Positions 1 to 12,987 of a stretch of 64,000 nt of DNA are shown piece by piece (positions within the stretch are counted from its first letter, which is position 1; every line of letters begins with the position of its first letter). The notes under the pieces were generated by a model. The model saw only the letters and a list, made by a program, of their open reading frames with translations, was not told the DNA's origin and searched no databases. A program made the position numbers and the translations under genes. Source of the DNA: Klebsormidium nitens (Eukaryota > Plantae > Klebsormidiophyceae); NCBI GenBank assembly GCA_000708835.1, contig DF237254.1:1-64000 (forward strand), in the 5' to 3' direction.

Positions 1-759
1 AACTTATGTTTGAGTCTCAAGCCTAACCAACTAGAGTGGGCAGAAATATGTCCAGTGTGCATACGCTATATGCCTATATGATGTCCATACGCTATGCGCT
101 CGACCCGGACCCGCCTAGAGCTCATCGAGCATGACACTGCTTCCCTGGACCCAAACTCCCTGCTCTGTGTTAGCACCAGCTACCAGCTCGTTGCCTACGC
201 CAGCACGGATCTCAGCAGAGGCGTCATGCTGTGGCCTTCGTTGAAAACTGCTCTATCATCACGATGGTATCTCGTTCCGCCTCTGCCCGACTTACCAAAG
301 GAGCGCCACGTCTGAGTGCTGTTTGTGGTGCAAGAGATGACGAACGATGCCGGCAGCCTCAGCTTGTTGGAGTCGCGCCAAATTCGCCAGGCCATGAACG
401 CCTTCAAAGCTTATACGCTGGGCCGTGCGGAGGCTGACGCGTCCGCTAATGGGGAGGTAATGGTCTGAATGGTCTGCTCCTCCTGTTCTTGCTCAATTCG
501 TTTCTTTAACCCTGAGGGGCATTGGCGTGGGGTTGCCACAGCGCATCCTCAGTGCATGAGTACACAGCTTTGAAGCTTGCTTCCAACCGTCCGAGATGTG
601 TGTAAGAGAGATGTATCATGCCCTGTGAGGGAGATGCCGATTCTTGGTATGCTAGGACTCTGATCATTCGCCTTGCTGTTGCCAGCAAGGACCTATAAGG
701 TGCGCTTCCTTTTCCTGAGCTGTGCCATTCATCCGAGCGTTTTGCCATGTGCTTTGCAG

Positions 760-3700
760 TTCTGGACGCTCATGTTCAGTGGCCGGTCGGCGCCGTTCCT
801 TCCCTGGATGGAGGACGAACCCTCACTTAAACCCGCAGTACCAGCAAGAGAGGGAGACAGTGGCGCTGAACAGGAAGCAGCTGCCGACGTCGTCATTGCC
901 GAGGTATGACAACAGGCGCATCCTGTGCCAACTTAAGAGTGGTGTGAGTAGTGAGCAGGCACTCTTGCAGTGCATCCCTGGTGCTCTTGCGCGAGTCTAA
1001 GGCACATGCACACAAGCGTGAAAACTTCGAGTGGCTGCCCAGCGCTACACCTTTTGAGATGATGATTCACTAGGAATGAAAGCTGAGCTCAGTGACTCCC
1101 TCCCTGAAGACTCCGTTAAAATAGGGGCAACGAAAAGGGAGCCATGGAAAGTGCGCTTGTGAATGGACCACGAATGTCGACGGTCATTCAGGGAGAAATA
1201 TAGCGGTGTCGGCATATGAGGTTGCTCAATCCTTGTTTCTCGTCCCCAACCGCAGACGCACGAGCAAAAGGGAGCGTCACCTGCTGAGGCAGGAGCACAG
1301 TCCCAAGAGGTCACGATGGTTACGAGCGAGATGGAGGAGACGAGGGAGAGGCTGCGCGCTGCTGAGGGCGCCGTGAGCTCTACAGACGACGAGCTGCTGA
1401 CGGGGCAGCAGGAGAGGAGCGCCCTCCCTTTAGGGACGCCGGAGAGGGTGACGTCACTGGGGGAGGACGTAGGGAGCAGGGCGACGGAGCAGGTGAGGGG
1501 GCAGCTGGGGTGCGCTTTTGGGCAAGGGCAATATGTGTGATCCATTATGGTTGCCCAAGAAGGTCAAGCTAGGAACCTGAAAATGTCAGATTGTTGCTCT
1601 CCTAGTAGGGCCTAGTGGTGTGCTTTTCATAGAACGGGGAAGCGGAAGGGAGGAAGGACTGTGCTGACACTTGCTGTTGACTCCAAATGCCGGACTGAGG
1701 ATTCAGCTCCTCCCATGCAGCCCGAAGGCGAGGAGGTTGGCCAGGAGGGCCCGCAAGCGGAGGGGGAGGAAGCGGAAGTGCTCCCTGTGGGTCGGCAGAA
1801 GACGGAGCACCTTCGCCGCCTGATGGAGGAGCTAGAGAACATAGCCGTTGAGCTGCAGATTGCGCCGGCTGACACGTCCTTTCCACAAAACTTGGTAAGC
1901 TGTTCGCTGAGTATATGGGTCCTTTCGCACTCTCCTCTGGCTCTTCTGCCTGACTTTTGACATCCAGCAGTATAGCTGCCAGACTTGCAGGAGACTGCTG
2001 CCGTGATTGGCTGTGCCTGCTTTGGTCTGGACGCTTCCATGCGGTGCTTCTGTCCTCTGCCTCTGTGCACTGTTGGCGCGCTGGTCCAGTGCATGTGCCT
2101 TCCGCCTTTCTTGCACACAGACGTTCTTTCTGCGTGCCCTCCAGGTGGATCAGTGCAACGAGGCGGCGGAGCTAGCGGTGACATGCTGCGAGCTGCTAGA
2201 CGCAAAGGTAAGCAACCCGCGCTCTGCGCCTGCGGTACGGGGCCTCTGCTCGTTTTGCTTCTCGCAGCGTTGGGCAGGAGGCAAGCGCCAGGCTCCACCC
2301 TGCGGTGCTCGCGCGTGTTGCGCTCCTTTCTTTTGCATCCTACTCGCTGCCTGTCCTTTGGAATCGACGCCTGCGCCTCGGCTGACTGCTGCCTTGGGTG
2401 CTCCAGGACCTGATGGGGAAGGACGCCGACATCAGCCTGACTGAGTCCCAGCAGATCCGTAACACCATCGATTCCTACTCCAGATACACCATGGGCCGTG
2501 CCGAGGCTGACCAGGCCAGTAATAGAGAGGTGGGTCCCGTCCCAAATGGTTTCTTTGTGCGTCAATCAAGTCGTTTGCGCATGCCCAGGTGGCGCTGACA
2601 TGCGTACATGCTGTGCGCTCGGATCGGTCTGTCTTCCTGCCCCCACCATTGCGGGGCCTTGTGTATTTGCACAGGAGCTGTGATTCTGGAGGGTACAATC
2701 TTGACAGCTATGCTCGTGTCAGTGTGCGGTGCGTCTCTGTCTGCCTATAGGTGACGAATCCGACCTCGAGCCCTCTTTCGATCTTGCACAGCTCACAGGT
2801 GCGCCCAAAGGTTCAATTCAACGCGCCCTGCTTTTGTCCTGCAGTACTGGGGGGCGAGTTTGGGAGCCGTTCCCCGCCCTTCCTGCCCTGGATTGGGGAC
2901 GAGCACCGCCGCCTGCCACGCAAGGCCTTCCACATTCCGGAAGAAGAGGGAGGGGGAGATCCCGAGGTAAGACGAGATCCAGACTTTTCGTTCCCAGCGA
3001 GCGCTGCGGGGGTGCTGACCTTGCTGGCCTCGTCGACTCGACACTGCCATAGCTTGTGAAAGAATTGTTTGCAACTTTCATGAACGGGAAGGCAGCTAGA
3101 GATAAACGCAGGTGAGAGCCTCGTACGTTTGCTGCATCAGACATGCTGAGCAGGCATACAAGCGCAGGAGAATCTGCTCGCGGCTGCCTCTTCATGTCAG
3201 CTCATGCTGGCGAGGGGGACAATGGGTCCCAAGAGGCCCGCGACCTAACAATGACATTGCCTTGTGTTATGCGGGTGGTAACTCAAAGTAGGCGCACCCC
3301 TGCTACGAACGCCTCATGCTGCTCATCATCCTCAAGTGGAGCAAGCGCAAGATGGTGCAGACGTTTATGACGTGCTCCAAACTGGAGAACACGCCCAAGA
3401 TCACGTCGAGAAGGCCAGCTGGGTACTACCAAGTCGTGACCGCGCAGCACGGCCTGGTAGGGGCCATCCAAGACATATACGCCCTTAGGGTGACCACGAA
3501 CATGGATATCTGCCAAAGCCGGCTGCAGCACCAAGTGCGGTTTTCCAGCGACTCGGTTGCCAAAGCGCCCGGCTACCCGGCGGGAGACTTCTACCAGTGC
3601 GACACCGTGGAAGAGAAGCTGGCGTTCGTCAAGCACGACACCGCTTTCTTGCACTTGCAAGAGAGCCGAGTTGGCTCCAAGAGCGGGTACAAGACGATGC

Positions 3701-4071
3701 CGGCGCTGGAGCTGAGCGAGACGGGGAAGCTGCAAGTGGGTGATGCTGTGCGCAACGTGGGCGCCGTCGCAGCAAGAAACAACGGCGTCGTTACAGGCGC
3801 TGTTATCATCTATCGCGACGACGGCAGGTTCGTCGGCAAAGTGCAAACAGAGGATCCTGCCGCGAGCGCTGACGACGCGCCTGTCAACAAGAAGCACGGC
3901 TACTGCGAAGATGGTGAGAGTGGAGGAAACTGGGGGGACACGGAGGAGGACGAGCGAGGTACTTACCCGGCGCTTGCCTACACGAACAACAGCGTGTCGA
4001 CCTTCAACTACGTCTATGCACCGGAGTACACGCTGGAGAGCTTCGAGAAGTACGTAATGGGCGCCATTTGA
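760..4071 (+). CDS. 5'-incomplete multi-exon gene: acidic/coiled-coil N-terminal exons plus a final exon encoding a trypsin-like (S1, alpha-lytic/NAL1-like) serine protease domain
   Basis: AG/GT-bounded exons 760-903, 1256-1492, 1721-1894, 2145-2207 and 2407-2529 are all phase 0 and open. Probable exons 2751-2798 and 2845-2964. Final exon 3292-4071 (AHPCYERL...VMGAI*) has ordered triad-like motifs VTAQH (His 3448-3450), HDTAFLHL (Asp 3637-3639), GDAVRNVGAVAARNNGVVT and DGESGG (Ser 3919-3921). Linkage of all exons into one gene is not proven. Confidence 0.55.
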
Positions 4072-4629
4072 GACAGACTCGAAGTAGTGCAGTGGACATG
4101 AGGGTGAACTGGCCTTGGTCTCCATCCTGCAAATGCTTGTGTGACTTCCAATGAGCTTCATCAAAGTCGATTGAGGGTGTCCAAGCCTCCTGTAGTGGAA
4201 CGTCTCCTTTTGAAAGGCTTGAGTGTAGACAGCAATGTCAAATCGAAAAAAACGTGTGACCGCATTGGATTGGCCTATATCCAACACACCCGAAAGGGAC
4301 GAAGTCTACCTTATGAGCATGAGAGCCCAATCAAACTTGTGTAGGCCACCTTGGCAAGCCTCGTTTCAGTATGTGTTTATACGAGCTTTCTGGAGCTTGC
4401 CTATGTTCAGTCTATGTACAGTCTTGAGATCTATAGTACAGATTTTCGGAGTCTGAACTTATGTGGGACAATAAAGGTGTGGTTGAACGGGCTCAGACAA
4501 TCTCTTTGTTACAAATACTCAAGCTTGCACTTCGTGAATGGGGCATAAATTCACACACGGTAAGGCGCTCATACCATGATGAGCGATATCTAATAGCCGA
4601 CGCATAGCGCGTAGCTTTCGTGAAGATCC

Positions 4630-4986
4630 NNNNNNNNNNNNNNNNNNNNNNNNNNNNNNNNNNNNNNNNNNNNNNNNNNNNNNNNNNNNNNNNNNNNNNN
4701 NNNNNNNNNNNNNNNNNNNNNNNNNNNNNNNNNNNNNNNNNNNNNNNNNNNNNNNNNNNNNNNNNNNNNNNNNNNNNNNNNNNNNNNNNNNNNNNNNNNN
4801 NNNNNNNNNNNNNNNNNNNNNNNNNNNNNNNNNNNNNNNNNNNNNNNNNNNNNNNNNNNNNNNNNNNNNNNNNNNNNNNNNNNNNNNNNNNNNNNNNNNN
4901 NNNNNNNNNNNNNNNNNNNNNNNNNNNNNNNNNNNNNNNNNNNNNNNNNNNNNNNNNNNNNNNNNNNNNNNNNNNNNNNNNNNNNN
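4630..4986. other. Assembly gap (run of N)
   Basis: Continuous N bases; ORF-track entries spanning it are artefacts. Confidence 0.99.
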
Positions 4987-7391
4987 ATTTGGAGAGCACC
5001 TTGGCGCTAGCGCGATGTACAGACGGTATTTGGGGCTACCCTGTATCCGTTGTGAGTCTAACCTGATTTCGGTCGGGGACGACCTCACCGGTTAGGGGGG
5101 GAGTGAGATAAGATTTTGCTATTTCACGTAGCTTATTACATAGGCATCATGCTTTTTCGCTTCGACTGCATATGTTGAGCGCACCCGACACGGCACAGCC
5201 TCGACTCATCACGGCACGACATCCGGCATATGGCATGCAGCTGCAACCCGTATCGGCTTACCGGCACAGACGCTTCTCATGCTATATATTCTTACACCGG
5301 ACATGCCTACATGTCTAGCTCACGCTGGCGGGTGGGTTCTTACATTTCATGGAGTATTATGGACATGTATCATTGTACTCAAACGTTGTATGCCATGCAT
5401 GGAACCCCTCTATATGGCCCATGCATGTGGCTACACCATTTTAAAAAAAGAACATCATGTGGCAGGCACAATCTATGGTGCAAGTGTACTATACAACGAT
5501 CAGGATCATTTTCGTGACCAGATTTACCAAATTGGAGAAATTCTAAGGTGCGCATGCAAGCGCACTTGATGCTTTGTGCAGTTGCAAAAAATACGAGTTT
5601 CGCGCAGGTTGCTTTTCCACGCCGCACGCCGAGGATCGCTATCCTCGGCAACTGTCCGACGATTTACCTTGGAGCTAGGCTCCCGGTCCTTTTGTCACGC
5701 TTGGCATGCAGGCAGCACAAACAGACGGCCATGATGATTGACGGGGGATTGACGTAAGTAGCAACGCGCCTTGCTGGATCGAGCCAAGCTTAGCACCTCC
5801 GCTACCTGCACACAGTGGGACAAGTATTGCGTCGAAGTTTCGTCGTCTAGCCTTTCAGTTGTCCTAGTGGCTAGGCAAAGCAGCTGTGTTGTCGGGTCCG
5901 AGCAGTTGTAAAGTTGGCCAACACAGCTCAACACGGGGCCAACACGTGCCAACTTCACAACTTTACTTCCCGGTATGCGTAAGTGTCCCTTTGATTTCTT
6001 GTGGGCCTTTGGCAGAAGGAACGAGCATATGGTTCCCCCTCAGCGCCTGCTTCATTCTCGCGCCCTCCTGCGCAGCACCCTCTAAAGCGGGCCGCATCCC
6101 ACTCGCGCTCAAAGCGGCTGTGAGTCTGCCCGGCCGCCGGGGGGACCCGGCCGCGCGGCTGTGGCCGGGCGGCCGCACGCCAAGCCACTGGTCATTGATA
6201 GCCACATGGGCCCCGTGGCCCGCACGCCCGCCCCGCCCGCCCGCGCTTCCAGCGAAACCTGGAAACCTCCCCAAAGTCGATCGCCGTGGCCGGCCGCGAG
6301 CGCACCCCCAGCGAGCCGCCGCCCGCGCGGCCGTCAGGCCCGGTTTACATGGTCCACAAAATGGCGGGTTCAAAGAAGGAGCTCTGTGGTTAAGTGAGCT
6401 TTCCGCCGCGTATGTCGGAGGTGCGTGCAAGAAGCGCGGGATGTGCTTGTCCTATACTCCAGGAAAAGGTGGCCGCACGCCGCAAGGGCAAGGTGCTGTT
6501 TGCACAGATACCTGTGATCGCTCCTGCAAGGCCTGAACAAATCGTGACAAGCATTAACCTACTTGCAAAATTACCCTGCTCTTTTCGCCTAAGCCAGCTA
6601 GCCGATCCTGACACCTTCGAGTTGTTATGGAAACCCGGCTTCAAGCAAAGGCCAGAGAAGCCTTTGAAAGGTGAGAGAGGTTGTCTGCCATAAGTCACGC
6701 TTGCAGGTTCGCCCAACATTTTGAGAATCGATGCTTTTTCTAGGGCCGCCTCAGCAGATAGTAAAATCTCTGCGATCAGGTTTCTAGTCTGTTGAGCTAG
6801 GTTCTCCAATCTGTTGACGTTATCAATTCTGTTGCCCTTTTGGCCCCTGACTTCTGTCGCTCAGTGAAGGTGCGACAGAATTCAGTGATCTTGCCCTGGG
6901 AAAGTCCCCCAGGTGTTCCATCATCAGGTCTTCATTCTGTTGATGACAAGTCTGGAGAGGGCGATTTTGCACCCGTAATTGTTCAGCCTTCCGGTTTCCA
7001 ACCTAGAGCGGGTTTTCGAAAGCCCAGAAGCGTACTCAAGATTCCCAAAGCCAGCCAAGATTCTGCACCAAGTGTTATGAGGCATACATCGTTATTCTTC
7101 CTGGATGCTTGATTCGTTTCAGAACAGATGGACTCTATCTTCTTGCTCTTTTTGATACCGCTGGCGCGCCCGCCGCCAGGTGGCGTCGGTTGCGTCTGGT
7201 GACGTCAAACAAACGGTGACGTCAAGGGAGTCAAAGATCTGCGGAGCTGCATTAGTGTTCGGAAATTTTTTGACCAGTAGACGGCGATGCGGACAGGCCA
7301 TCAAGTTCCAAAATCACAGACAACGAAACGCAGACTTTTGCCTCTCAGATTATATGCTTGCCGGAAGACTTTTGCCCTGTCTTTCTTTCAG

Positions 7392-9969
7392 GTATGCTTG
7401 CTGGGACTCCGTGCTAGATGAGCACGAGCGCGAGTTCCGCGCGCGCATGACGTCTGATGACGTGTTCGACGCTCCCGTCAAGACCGGCATCCGCACGGAT
7501 CGTGCCAACTTCTGCGAATGGTACTTTAGCGGAGACCGCGACTTGGTACTGTGGTTCGTGGATGGGGAAGCGTGGATTGCGGGGGTTAGGAGCTTTCCGT
7601 TGCGCAAACTGGCGTATGGCGCCTTTGAGCACCTCCGCGAGAGCATTGACAAGTGTAAGCCCCGAAGGACGAGTTGATTTGTTGGCTTAGTTCAGAACGC
7701 TAAAACTGCAATGGTTGCTGCTATGTGCTGGGTTTCATGCCAGGGTTTCTGACAAGGCAGGGGACACTGTGGATGCTCCCGTGATCTCTTTTGCTTTCGC
7801 TACTCATGTCGGGCCCCTTACAAGCAAAGACAACATGCTTCGACGGGATGTTCGAATTTTGCCGAAAGGCGGGCAGTCCAGTATATCGTCGAAACCCGTA
7901 GAGCTCGCACCTGATGCATTGCAGACTGGCGCTGTAAAATGCAACGGGCTCGAGTATGTTTCTTTCAACGTTATTGAGTATGATAGAAGTAAACACTTTG
8001 AGCTATTACTATGCACCGGGCCCCTGATCATTAAAGGGTTCAACCACGCTCCTTATCCCTGGTTGTCAAGCAACTCAACCATCCGCCAACCAGATAATGT
8101 GATAGGCAACCTTTTCTATGGGTCATTAATTGAGTGGTCACAGGACTTTTTTGGCACTCTACCATGGTTGGTTATGGGCTGGTTAGAAAGTGGTTAGGTC
8201 CAGCAGCCTTGGAAGGAGTCTGTAATCTGGTTTTCAGTCCATTAACCCGAGACCTCATTTTGCTTAACAACCTGGTTAGCAGCCAAAGGTTTCCCGTGGG
8301 TTAACTTGCTGTGCAGTGGCATTCCTGAAACCAGCTCCGTTGAACGAGCTCGACGGGCGGGTCCAAATGGGCGAATCGTACCTCGAGGCCACAACGGGGG
8401 TTTACCATCAGAACTGGGAATCACGGAAAGGAGGCAACCTACCCATTGTCATCCACGCCTTTGACACGTGGGCTTCCTTAACGTTCATGAAGACCGCGCT
8501 AGACTGGTGAGTTTAGCAACACTCGCTTCATCCTGGCCCTGCCAATTGACTGCTTGGCTTGCGGCGCTGCTTGTCAAACTCTTCCCGTTCTCTCCTCGGA
8601 ACTCCGTTAACCCGTTTCATAACCCGTTGCCACACCCTTTTTGGTCAAAGTCTCCGAAGTCTTGGATAATCGTTCCTCTACGTAGCAGGTTGTCCTCCCC
8701 ACTTGGGTTGCATTCAAGCCAAGACTGATTGGTGCGTGTCAACTTGTGCTTGAATCACTTCCGTGCACAAGACCCGCTGAGCTGCTCAGTATAGGACTGC
8801 ATCACCGGAGTTGGTTCCGAGCAGACGTTTAAGCGAGCGTAAAGTCACACATGTTTCTAACAAGTTTGTTCCGGACATAACGAGGGGACGGGGAACGCGG
8901 ATTCCCCGCCAGATTTCCAGGACAACCCTCGGCTACAAGACACAAATCGCGGTTCAGAGTTGTGTCCTTTTTCAAAAAGCTAACCGTCGATCCTCTAGAG
9001 AGATCGTCAAGGTAGGCTCGCAAAGGCTGGCTGGCAGTCCATGCTGAACCTTCACCCCGTTTTGCCAACTTGAGATGAATCCGTGCAGAAAAGTTGGTTG
9101 TGAGAATGCAACTAAGATACAAGAATGAACGTACGAGCAAACACTCTAATGTTTCGCAACCATATTGTGGAAGATTGCACGGGCTTTCTATTTATTATTC
9201 AAATGCGCAGAACGGGCTGGGGGCGCTCTGAAGAGTTGAAGGACAGAAACACACGTTTCTGCCAAGTTCATTCCTGACAAGCTTTCTCGTGACAGGTTCA
9301 TGCAGGCGCCGGGGGTTTATCTTTGCGTGGGCCTCAAGCCAAGCAGCGCGGAAAGTACCTCCCCTTGCATCGCCATCGCAAGGTGGAAGGACCCTAACGT
9401 TGCCGAAGGGATGAAAGAAACGTATTGCGATGGGAGCGTAGAAGCCTTACGGGTTCCGTTGAAGGCCTGCTTCGAGGGGGAGGAGCATGTCCCCCCGTTG
9501 CTGCAAGTAAGCTTCCGTCAAGTTCATTCGTGATGGAATATATGTGAGCAAAGAAACATATCTTGCGATCGAACACCTGTAACGGATGGGGTTGGTCTGG
9601 TTGTTTGAATGAGTTCGGGTGCAAAGCGCTCAACTGTATTCGTAAGGGAGTGTAGTTTGACCGTTGCACAGGAACTATTCTATATTCATTCACTATATAA
9701 CAATCTGCGGGAATGAGTCACTGTTTGACGAATGAGAGACCGCCATGTCCACACGTCTAGCACGTGCTCGTTGTTTAGTATGGTCGGTAAGCCGTTACCA
9801 TTGACCATTGGACTGGTCTTTGCTTGGCAGGGTCAGGTGGTCTCGGTTACGTAAGGGCACACAGCTTATGCTTTAGTTCCTCTGTTCAGGCGCACAGCGA
9901 GAAGGACGTGACGATCGACCTGTCGTGTCTTGCGTTACGATACCGGAAGTGGTGTGCCATGTGCGCAAT
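7392..9969 (+). CDS. Hypothetical multi-exon protein, internal exons only
   Basis: Four AG/GT-bounded exons with compatible phases: 7392-7654 (YACWDSVLDEHEREF...ESIDK), 8317-8506 (LAFLKPAP...KTALDW), 9296-9506 (FMQAPGVY...PPLLQ), 9890-9969 (AHSEKDVT...KWCAMCA). The start is probably near the GC-rich 6100-6500 region and the end near 10070-10240; neither is resolved. No family recognised. Confidence 0.6.
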
Positions 9970-11594
9970 GTAAGAGGAGAGGTACCTGGGTTCTGCTCTA
10001 GAGCCAGATTCAGTAAGCTCCCTAGCAAGTGACGGTTGTACAGCCTAGAACGAAACGCTCATCTGTTGCAGATCAAGTCGCTTGCTTGTCCATTATCTCG
10101 GGCCGATACATTCACTGCAGATGCATGTGCTTTACCCATACACGCAAGCAAGCCTGAAAGAGAAGGGCGTTGTCGAGTCTCGATGACGTCAGACGTGGAC
10201 CATTTTCGACGGACTAAGATCCAATCTGTTGACTGAGTAGGGCACAATACAGCCTTGAGGCAATAACCTAGACGTGGTACCTTGACCTTGCTGCAATGCC
10301 TTGCCCGCGGTACACAATAGATGTTACAAAAAGTATACTAATCTGCTTTCGCATGTGAAATGGATCATTGAGTCCATGACATGATGCACCATTGGAGGCT
10401 CATGCCATGGCCCCGGCCGCACACCATGAGCCGCCATACTTTCAAACATAATTATTATGGCCGCCGCACAGCATGGTTTCGCATGACACAATCTTGGCAT
10501 GATCTGAAGCTATAGGCCCATGCAGGGACAAACCGTCATGGCTACCTATAGTAACATAAGGGTGTATACGTCAGATTGAGTACATATATCAACGATCGCG
10601 ACCGATGAACTAATTCTGTTGCAACTTGGACGCATATATTAATCGTATCTCCTAATTAGCGTACACGCGATGGGCAAGCTTGCGCTCTGCTTTCTCGATG
10701 CATGAAAACAAGTGCAATCGAAACTTGGTCGGAGCGTCGGACCCCTTTCCGCATCCGAGCACAGACCGTGGACATCACGTGGGCAAACATACCGTGCGAC
10801 ATCCGATTGAGGTTCACTGCACGCGGCTGACATCGGGCATGACGGGTCATATGCAGAGGACCAGCCCTCATGTCACGACATCATACACGACCATTGCAGA
10901 CTCGGATGCAAGAAAGTCCTGACCTGTGACTTGGGCCGTCTTGCACAGGATGTATCATGCACAGAGTACAAGCCTAACTAGGTTCGTCAAAACTCCACAT
11001 GGTTTGACAGCAATCCTGTGACGTTCTTTAGCAAATAAACATAAAGCAGTCCATTTTGCTAAACCCACCCGTCCTCTTTGCTGTTGTAGTCGGATCCAAT
11101 ACTGCCAGTGCTCAAACAACTATAATCGCTACCTAGCCATCGACGCCTGCATCCAATTGAGGTCTTACCCTACCTCAACCCCACTTCTTTCAAGACCCGA
11201 CCTGACGAAGACTAATCTGCACCCCTTGTTGCTTGTTGTAGCGCGACTTGACTAGCATGTGAAGATGCCTGCACGACACGACGAGCGGCACAGGGGTGAA
11301 AACTCGGAGGCGTCAGCGGGCGAGGCACAGGAAAAAAGCACTCATCTTCAAATGAAAATATAACAGACTTCCACGGAGACACCGCAACCACACAAAACTG
11401 AAACCAGATAGGGAAACGCAGACCAGATCAAAGGAGAACCATCAAAACACAACCGAAAAAGACACGGGCAGAATGATTTGGGGGCTGGCAGGACTCGAAC
11501 CTGCATCTCTCAGCACTGCGATTCGCGGCGATTGGCGTTTCAGTGTCAAGCTGAGCTGGAAGGGCTCAAGTCTGATCCTAAAAGAATTGTCTGC

Positions 11595-11726
11595 CTCAGT
11601 CGGAAATCAACCGAGGGGTCTGTCAAACCCACTTGTGAAGTGGTTTGAAATTGTCTGTGGCTCAGTCGGAATTCGACCGAGGAGTTGAGAAGCTCAGTAG
11701 GATGTGTCTCGAGTTGAGAAGCTCAG
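11595..11726 (-). repeat. Duplicated hairpin modules in the 3' part of the copy A insert
   Basis: Minus-strand hairpins CUCGGUCG-AAUUC-CGACUGAG (11681-11661) and CUCGGUUG-AUUUC-CGACUGAG (11615-11595), each 8 bp with G-U wobbles. CTGAGCTTCTCAACTC occurs twice (11697-11682, 11726-11711). Confidence 0.7.
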
Positions 11727-12024
11727 TTTCGAGTAGACTGTCGACCAAGCGGAAAGCTTGACGGTTTGTCTTTTCGAGGAGTGAACGTGACGGCTCAGTC
11801 AAACCCCTAGTCCTTTAAGCCGGAAAGGCCAGTTTGAAGACTGCCGCGGTCTGAATGCCGCCGGTGGACGTGGAGAAACCGGTAGAGTGTTACCGAGAAT
11901 CTGGTTTGGAAGGTCACCCGAGAATTGGAACGGCTTGGGGAAGTCGCCGGCCGAAAAGGCGCGTTTGAATATCCACCAGGAGACTTGCGAGAGATCGGTT
12001 GGTTGTAACCGAGTTTGTGAATTG

Positions 12025-12322
12025 TCTTGAGGATACTTCCGAGAATGGTTCTGAGAAGTGTCTTGCAATTGCTTGAGACTTGTCTTGGAATTTGTGTTTC
12101 AAAGTTGTGGATTGTCTTGAGATTTGTGTCGAGGCTTGTCTTGAAAGTTGTGTTGAGACTGTTGGACTGTCTTGAGGTTTGTGTTTAAGATCTGTGCTGA
12201 GACTTGCCTTGAGATATCTGTTGAACTTGGGGATTCGTGTGACAAGTACTGTCTTGGGATTTGTGTTCAGATTTTCGGACTGTGTTGAGAACTGACTTGA
12301 GATTTGTGTCAAGACTTGTCTG
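12025..12322 (-). repeat. Degenerate 12-nt tandem repeat inside copy A (transcript consensus about UCAA(G/C)ACAA(A/G)UC)
   Basis: Plus-strand units such as TTGTCTTGAGAT / TTGTGTCGAGGC / TTGTCTTGAAAG / TTGTGTTGAGAC recur through the interval. Confidence 0.8.
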
Positions 12323-12987
12323 AAATGTCAGCCGGGTTGGAAAACTCCGGCTTTCTGACTGAACAACTAGAACGGTCAAAAGTTGCTCATACAAGCAAGC
12401 GAACCAAATCCTCTGGAGGGTCACTCTGAGAGACCGCTCGTGAGGACCTTCTAGCCGTCAGTGGTAGCGGGAAATCCGCTTAGGAATGTCTGGACTGCTC
12501 GACCCTCGCAGTGCTTTGGCGCTTTACCAATTAAGCTACAGCCCCTTAGGTGGTAATCAGTCTCACAGCAATAAACTCGAATGACCGAAGATACAAGATG
12601 CAGATGGAGCGACCGGTGTCAGATTCGAACTCAGGCTGACGACTTTCCAAGAGAAGCACGCAATAACCAAGCAAGAAACTTTGCCAGGCAGACTTTCTGA
12701 TGCTACTTCTGAAGACTTCCACGGACCAGAAGCTGCATCCCGAAGCAGGAAAGGATAGCGACTCAAGAGGAAATACAGACGGAATACAGAGAGCTAAAGC
12801 GAAGCCGCATTTCACTTCGGGTCAGAAAGGAACGTACAATACAGCAGGACAGATCAGAAAGGCGCGCAACAGCGCACGGCTGCAACTAGCAAACCTGTCC
12901 TGACGCTCTTCTCCCGAGCCCCCCTTACCAGCCCCGGGAGACCAACCGCAAAGTTTTGACGCCTGTCGTCGCTTAGCGGAGAAGTCT

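Larger units (their letters stand above)
11480..12545 (-). ncRNA. tRNA-closed long ncRNA, copy A: tRNA 5' half + 984-nt insert + tRNA 3' half (1066 nt)
   Basis: Minus strand 5' end GGGGCTG-TA-GCTT-AATTGGTA-AAGC-GCCAA-AGCACTGCGA (12545-12506). 3' end TCGCAGTGCT-GAGAGAT-GCAGG-TTCGAGT-CCTGC-CAGCCCC-C (11521-11480). Perfect 7-bp acceptor stem, D-stem, T-stem, A-box, B-box and 10-bp closing helix. T5 run at 11460-11456. Confidence 0.75.

Noticed and set aside
2845-2854. Frameshift in the G6 run
   Set aside because: A phase-1 junction from exon 2751-2798 restores the PFLPW frame without any indel.
4493-5088. ORFs spanning the N run
   Set aside because: Artefacts of the assembly gap.
9945-10240. 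MYND zinc finger after KWCAMCA
   Set aside because: No downstream CxxC or YCS..CQ..HW motif was found in candidate next exons.
11914-12312. 132-aa ORF in the copy A repeat tract as a protein gene
   Set aside because: No ATG, and the repeat register shifts between frames, so stop-free length is explained by composition.
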